This document shows, one piece after another, positions 58,810 to 64,000 of a stretch of DNA of 64,000 nucleotides. The stretch covers positions 5,870,476-5,934,475 of the forward strand of contig CAJINV010000002.1 of the NCBI GenBank assembly GCA_905178155.1. The letters are read 5' to 3'. The notes beneath the pieces were generated by a model, which ran no database searches, was not told the origin of the DNA, and was given only the letters and a program-made list of their open reading frames with translations. A program made the translations under genes and the position numbers. This DNA comes from Amoebophrya sp. A120. Taxonomy: Eukaryota > Protista > Dinoflagellata. The stretch's first letter is position 1. Each line of letters opens with the position of its first letter.

Positions 58810-61263
58810 TCATTTTGTTTTCTTTTTCTTCCGTGCACTAGCATTTTTGTTGTTTTTGCTTCCAGGAGAGGCAGTTTCCTGCAGAAGTAGATCCTCGTCT
58901 TTCATTTTAGCTGAAATCGGGCTTGGTAAGAAACGACCCGCGTGTTCAATTTGTCGCTTTTTTGCAGACGATGAAGATGCAGCAGAAGTCCCACCTCCGG
59001 GTGTACTAGTTGCGAGGTAGTGAACCCCCGACCTGGCGCTGCTGACGAAAGGCGAATGATGATCTTCCAGGCCTTCCTCTTCCTCGTCCCGGTCGCCTGA
59101 AAAAAGAGCTCCGTCGTCGCTTTCTGGACCCCCGCGTGCTGTTCCTGTCTTCCCAACGTTCTTGTGTCCCTTTCCCTCTGCTCCGACGTGCAACAAGCTT
59201 CCGCCGAGAATTGCGAAGACTAACCCGAATAAGTGGTACCAACCGAAGACTTTCGGGAAGATAACGTAGGACAAAGCGAAGGTTATCATCTTCCTGCACC
59301 CACAAATCGCGTTTGTTCTCGCCGCGTCGTACTCCTTCGTGATTTTAAAAATGATTCGCAAGCCCCAGAAGGACAGGAAATTGTCGAGGAACATCAGAAT
59401 CAAAACCTTGTTCCCAGTTTGCATCGGAATTCCGAGTCTGAAAATTGCCGGGTTCGAGTCGTGCGGCTTCGCGTAAAAGAAATTCTGCAATCTCGCGAGG
59501 TAACTAGATGAACTGTTTTGGAGGTATGTTGAATCTCCTGTCGCGACGAGGCCGGAAAGCAAGTAGTCCTTTCGGACTTCGTATGCAATGCAAAAGCATC
59601 GTACTAGTATAAATTGCATTACAAATTGGCTTAGCATTACAAATTGAATTTGTATTGCGGATTTGCCTTAACAGAAAGATCTGTAATGCATAAATGCAAT
59701 TAGTACGAGTACGATACTTTTCTTGCAGTGCATACTTCGACGCCGAGAAAATCGTCCCAGCTGAACCCTGCAAGGGTCAAAATATCCAAGAAAAAAACTG
59801 TGTTAGTTTAACTTTCTTTGGTTGGCAGCGTCACAAATTTGCTCTACATGACGGAGAAAACCTGTCATGCGCGGCTTGTAAGGGAAAACACACATGAAAA
59901 GAGGACTTCATGGTTGTCTGGCATGACAGGTGTAACTCCGTTGCATGTTCTGCATTACAGAGTTTTTACACTTACACAGATTTTTTCTTGCATACGACAC
60001 CCGCTCACTGTACCAGTAGTACCAGTTCTGGAACTCATTTGCGAACAGCATGGTGTAGCAGACCAGCAACACAAATCCGACGGAGTACTGGATCATCATC
60101 AGCAGATCTACTTCGCGACCTTTGGTAGAAGTAGTAGGTTGCGGCGCACGATGTTGACTTGCGGCTCGTGTAGCAAAAGGAAAAGCTTGTGTCTGTTTCC
60201 TCTTCTGCTGCAAAAACACCTGCTGAATGTTGACGCCAACGGATGCGCAGCAGATGTTCAACAGCATTAAGGCCAGGCCGTAGATGGAAAACCTGGGGGA
60301 CTCGAACCGCTCCCCAACTCCAAACACGGTGAGACCGAAGAAAACAGATAGACTGCCGATGTATTCCTGAGACGTGATAATCTTCTTGTTCGCTTCAACA
60401 TTCATCTCATCGCTCTGTCGCCGTCCAGATGAAGAAAGGACCATCCCGTACAACCGCCTTCCCAGCAGAATGCAGGGGACTTTTGCGCTCTTGCACATGG
60501 CTCCGAAGGTGAAAGATAAATGTTCGAAGGCGGAGGTCCCAGCGCCATGCGAAATCATCAGTAAAACGCCGGAGAGGAAGGCAGGGTCGTGCTCTTCGAC
60601 TTGTAAGATCGAAGATGGAACTCGTGTTGCAGTTGTAGAAGAGGGCGAGCTCTGCTGATTTTTTGCTAATGTATGTGTAGTGAGTTGTGTTGACATCTTC
60701 CCTTGATGTTGTATCAAATTTTTGACGAATGTCAGCCTGTTCCAGACGGATTTTCGCACCGCGTAGTTCCATTCATCCCAAAAACCTCGGTTGTTCCAAT
60801 TGCACAACGGGATCAACAAAACGTACAAACCGAACTCAAACAAGCAGTAGACCCACCCGAACCGGAAACCGTCGTGTTGGAAAACCGCTTCGGTAAGCAG
60901 CGCCGCTTGCCCGTGGAAGAGAAACACGATGAACGCGAGTTGCAGTAAACGAACAGTGCGCTGGTGGTGGGTTGATGGTGCTGCAACAGCTGCTAAAGAA
61001 TGAGAGCAGCTCTGCTTGGCAGTTTGCGTAGTGAGCGATTTTGTACTAGCTTTATTAGGCGGAAAAAAAGCCATGTTTTTGCTGCTAGCTGCACCTCCGG
61101 TGGGGGTCTGCTCGCGTCTTCTTGAGCGGTGCACCTGTCTTGCGCCACCGGTTGTACCAGTCGTGTTTTTCGCAGTAATTTGAGTTGCCGGGGAGGAGGC
61201 TGAGGCGCCCTGTGGCGTACCGCGCTTGCGCGCTTTCCCGTGGCCGTTGCGGGTAGTGGACAT
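58810..61263 (-). CDS. UAA-family nucleotide-sugar/PAPS transporter (SLC35B3/PAPST2-like), 3 exons
   Basis: Multiple TM helices; FRFGW, MCKSAKVPCILLG, SPRFSIYGLAL, KEYDAA...RKMITFALSYVIFPKVFGWYHLFGL. Joined through 59783-59994 and 59582-59734 (each +5): SERVS-TLAGFSWDDFLGVE-VRKDYLL. Confidence 0.85.
59582..59734. mobile_element. Introner, 'TATGCAATGCAAAAGCATCGTACT' family
   Basis: TIR; perfect TSD CTTCG. Confidence 0.9.
59783..59994. mobile_element. Introner, 2010-like family
   Basis: tatccaagaaaaaaactgtgt / acacagattttttcttgcata; TSD CAAAA/CGACA decayed; +5 restores frame. Confidence 0.8.
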
Positions 61264-62166
61264 TGTGAATACGATTCAATAGGTTAGCGTTAAGGTTTTT
61301 GTTTTTGAAACAAGAATGGTGACGGCGACTCGGTGCGTTAGCAGGCCTGCAAGTACGCGACCGATCGTGGTTACGGTTAGCACGATACAAACGAAACGAA
61401 GGAACGTGAACGACGCAAAGCTGCACTTACTGAAACGCGACGCCCGATGAAACACGTAGTCAAAAAGACGCACCAGCTGCACCCTTCAGCAACACACGGC
61501 ACGGGAGTGCTGTTCCGCAGTCCGGGCGGTCAACAAGTAGCTCTAGAGTGCTCTCTACCTAGATTTCTGTAGTGAGTCATGAAGTGTTACCTCTGATGGC
61601 TCGTCAGTCTGTCGTAAAAGCTGCAAAAAAAAGATCATTTTTCGTACTACAACCAATCTATCATTCATTCGAATCAGGTGTTCAGTGTATGTTCATCAAT
61701 TTTGAAACTTAGAAGTTCTTGCCTGGGTTCATTCTATCTTTTTTTCTTCTGAAATTCATTCGTATTTTTTCAGTGGTTGAAATAATTAGCGCCTTCTCCA
61801 CGTACTGATAGTGGTAAAAAAGAAAGTATTTCGATGGTAAACAAAAGAAGAAACAAAGCAAGCTCTACGCAAAAGGTCCTTGATGGAATCCTTTACACAT
61901 CTATCAAATATATTTCAGCTGCGCCAGCAACAGATCTACTTCTGGCGTGAGAAAAAATAGAGGAAAAAGTTCTCGGCAGTAAAGCTCTGTCGAATAAAGG
62001 TTAAAAAGTACTGTCATTGGTACACGTACAAATCTTACAACATAAAAAGAACTTCTACTATTCGGACTATAATCGGATTTGAATGCTGCTTTTTCTAGTA
62101 TCGCACAGCAAATTCCTGCCGCAACCACCGCTAGCACTCAACCTTTGTGCCGTTCCTACTTCATCT

Positions 62167-64000
62167 TCACCCCAAACTCTGCAAAATCTGCAGATAGGTT
62201 TCGTTCTCCGGCTCAATCCCCACCGCTTTTTGGATACAGTCCATCGCCATTTTTTTCTCCCCCAGGTACACATGCAAACTCGCCAGATTTGCGTAGCACA
62301 CGTGCAAGTTCGGATCCAAATCCGTTGCTTGCGTGTAGTAATCAATCGCCTCCTCCACCTTATCCAACGATTGCATCACGACCCCGAGGTGTGCGAGCGT
62401 TTCGGACAGAGAGATGTCGTTGTAGGTTTTTTCAGCAGATGAACCAGAAGACTTTATTGCCAACTTCTGCTCATTCGGATTTGCATTTGCATCGCCCGCG
62501 GCCACCGCTGGTGGATTGCTGTTGTTGGCAACTAGTACAACTTCCTGCCCATGCGTTTCCAAAATCTTTTTCACTTTCTTGAACATGGTTTCCGCCTCTT
62601 TCCAGCGCATTTCCTCGCATAGTTGCTCGGCCAGGTGGAAGAGATTGGACGGATCGTGACCCTTGTACGCTTGGGTGTCTGAAATAGGAGGTGCGGTGGA
62701 TATTACTGGTGTAGTTTGGTCGTCCACTGCTCCTGCCGGCGTTTCAAAAGCTTCTGGTGGTAATCCTTGTTGAGGAATTTCCTCTAATGTGGTTTCTTCT
62801 ACCTTTGGCGTCTGGTACAACATTTCTTCTGCTATTTGTTGTTCATGATCTGCCGCTCGCGCTCGTTCCTGTTGCGCCTTCCTCGCGGATGTAGTTTTGT
62901 TTGCCGGAGTCGTTGCGGAAGTTAAGTTCATCGGCTCTTCAACTGTAGAATCCACAGGAGCTGTTTCTTCAAGATCCGCGGGGGCACGCGAAGCTACGTC
63001 CTTCACCTGCTGGTGCAGCCCAGTCGCTTGAAAATTCTGGCTGCCCTCGATCGACACCGAAGGCGGTAATGGCGAATACACGTCGACTGTGCTTTCCTCT
63101 TTCACAGAGTCGAGTATTACCTCCTGTGCGGAGGTTTCGGTCGCGAGAGTAGAACCTACTAGAAGTGCAGCCGCTGCGCCAGGTTGTTCCTCTGGCGGCT
63201 CCGCGTAAAATGCGACCTGCTGCGGAACGAAGTTAGGCGTCGAGCTGGATAATTTTGCACTTTTCTTGTCTTGTTGTTGTTTTGTGGTCACGATTTTCCT
63301 CGTCATGCTTGAATTCGCTGTACTGCTTGATGATACGGCGCCGGGCCCGGTGGGGGCAGAAGTAGTAGAGGCCGCTGGCGCAGCTCCTGCTCCTGCTCCG
63401 CGCGCCGAACTACTCGATGAGACCGTGTGTTTCGGCGACTTGACCCCGCCCCTAGGCGCTGCCAACGCTTCCAACCTGCTGGCGTCGCTTTTCGGTTTTG
63501 AAGAGGCGCTATTCGTCGGTTGGAACGTGGATGAGTGGGAGACGGATTTCTTCTCTATTGCTAATTTTGGACTCGCTTTATTGCTACTACTTGAAGTTGT
63601 TCCTCCACCCTTCGCCGATCTGCTCGACAAACTCCCGCCGTGCCCACCGGACGAGGAGCCACTACGACCACGTTGCTGTTCGCGATGTAAAGAGCTCGTG
63701 GACAAACTTCCTGAGGTGGAGCGCAGTTCGCGAGAGGGGGAGGACGGGAGGGATTTTGCAGTTTTCGTCTTCGTCGTCGCATTTTTGAAATGAGTAGTAC
63801 CAGAAGCACCTGGGCCTGATGTAGAAGAAATGCCAGCTCCAGGTCCAGCTCCTCCTGAACTACCTCGCGAAATAAATGCGCGGCTACTTGTACTAATATC
63901 CTTTACGACAGCACTCCGACTCGCCGCAGAGGTTCTTGGACCACCGACGACCATATCTTTCTCTTCGAACGACACCGAAGCTGACTTGCTGTGGTTCCAC
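62167..64000 (-). CDS. TPR-repeat protein with long Ser-rich N-terminus; 5' end beyond the window
   Basis: [31 protein letters not shown] / [31 protein letters not shown]; frame is open to the window edge. Confidence 0.85.

Overview
Eukaryotic, gene-dense DNA with about 13 protein-coding genes, all on the minus strand. The long Ser/Gly/Gln low-complexity proteins, the unidirectional gene cluster and the abundant non-canonical introns most resemble the parasitic dinoflagellate Amoebophrya (Syndiniales); this is an inference from genome style, not a database hit. The dominant structure is about 27 short (120-370 bp) insertions inside coding exons. Most begin TAT and end ATA (a few ends are decayed), carry terminal inverted repeats (TIRs) and are flanked by 5-bp target-site duplications (TSDs), 14 of them perfect. 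Removing the element plus 5 nt restores the reading frame in all but one case (element plus 4 nt, GC-AG), so they behave as transposon-derived, mostly non-GT-AG introns (introners). At least five TIR families share an internal TGTNATGC/GCATNACA motif, and related copies occur in both orientations. Removing them by hand reveals two tandem paralogous membrane-protein genes that the ORF track barely shows. Other genes: a giant fibronectin type III protein, a bacterial-type N,N-dimethylformamidase-beta-like (DUF6605-like) protein, a DnaJ protein, an ABHD/YheT-like hydrolase, an NTF2/SnoaL-like protein, a UCH deubiquitinase, a SLC35B-type transporter and a TPR protein. All gene models were built by eye without transcript data.
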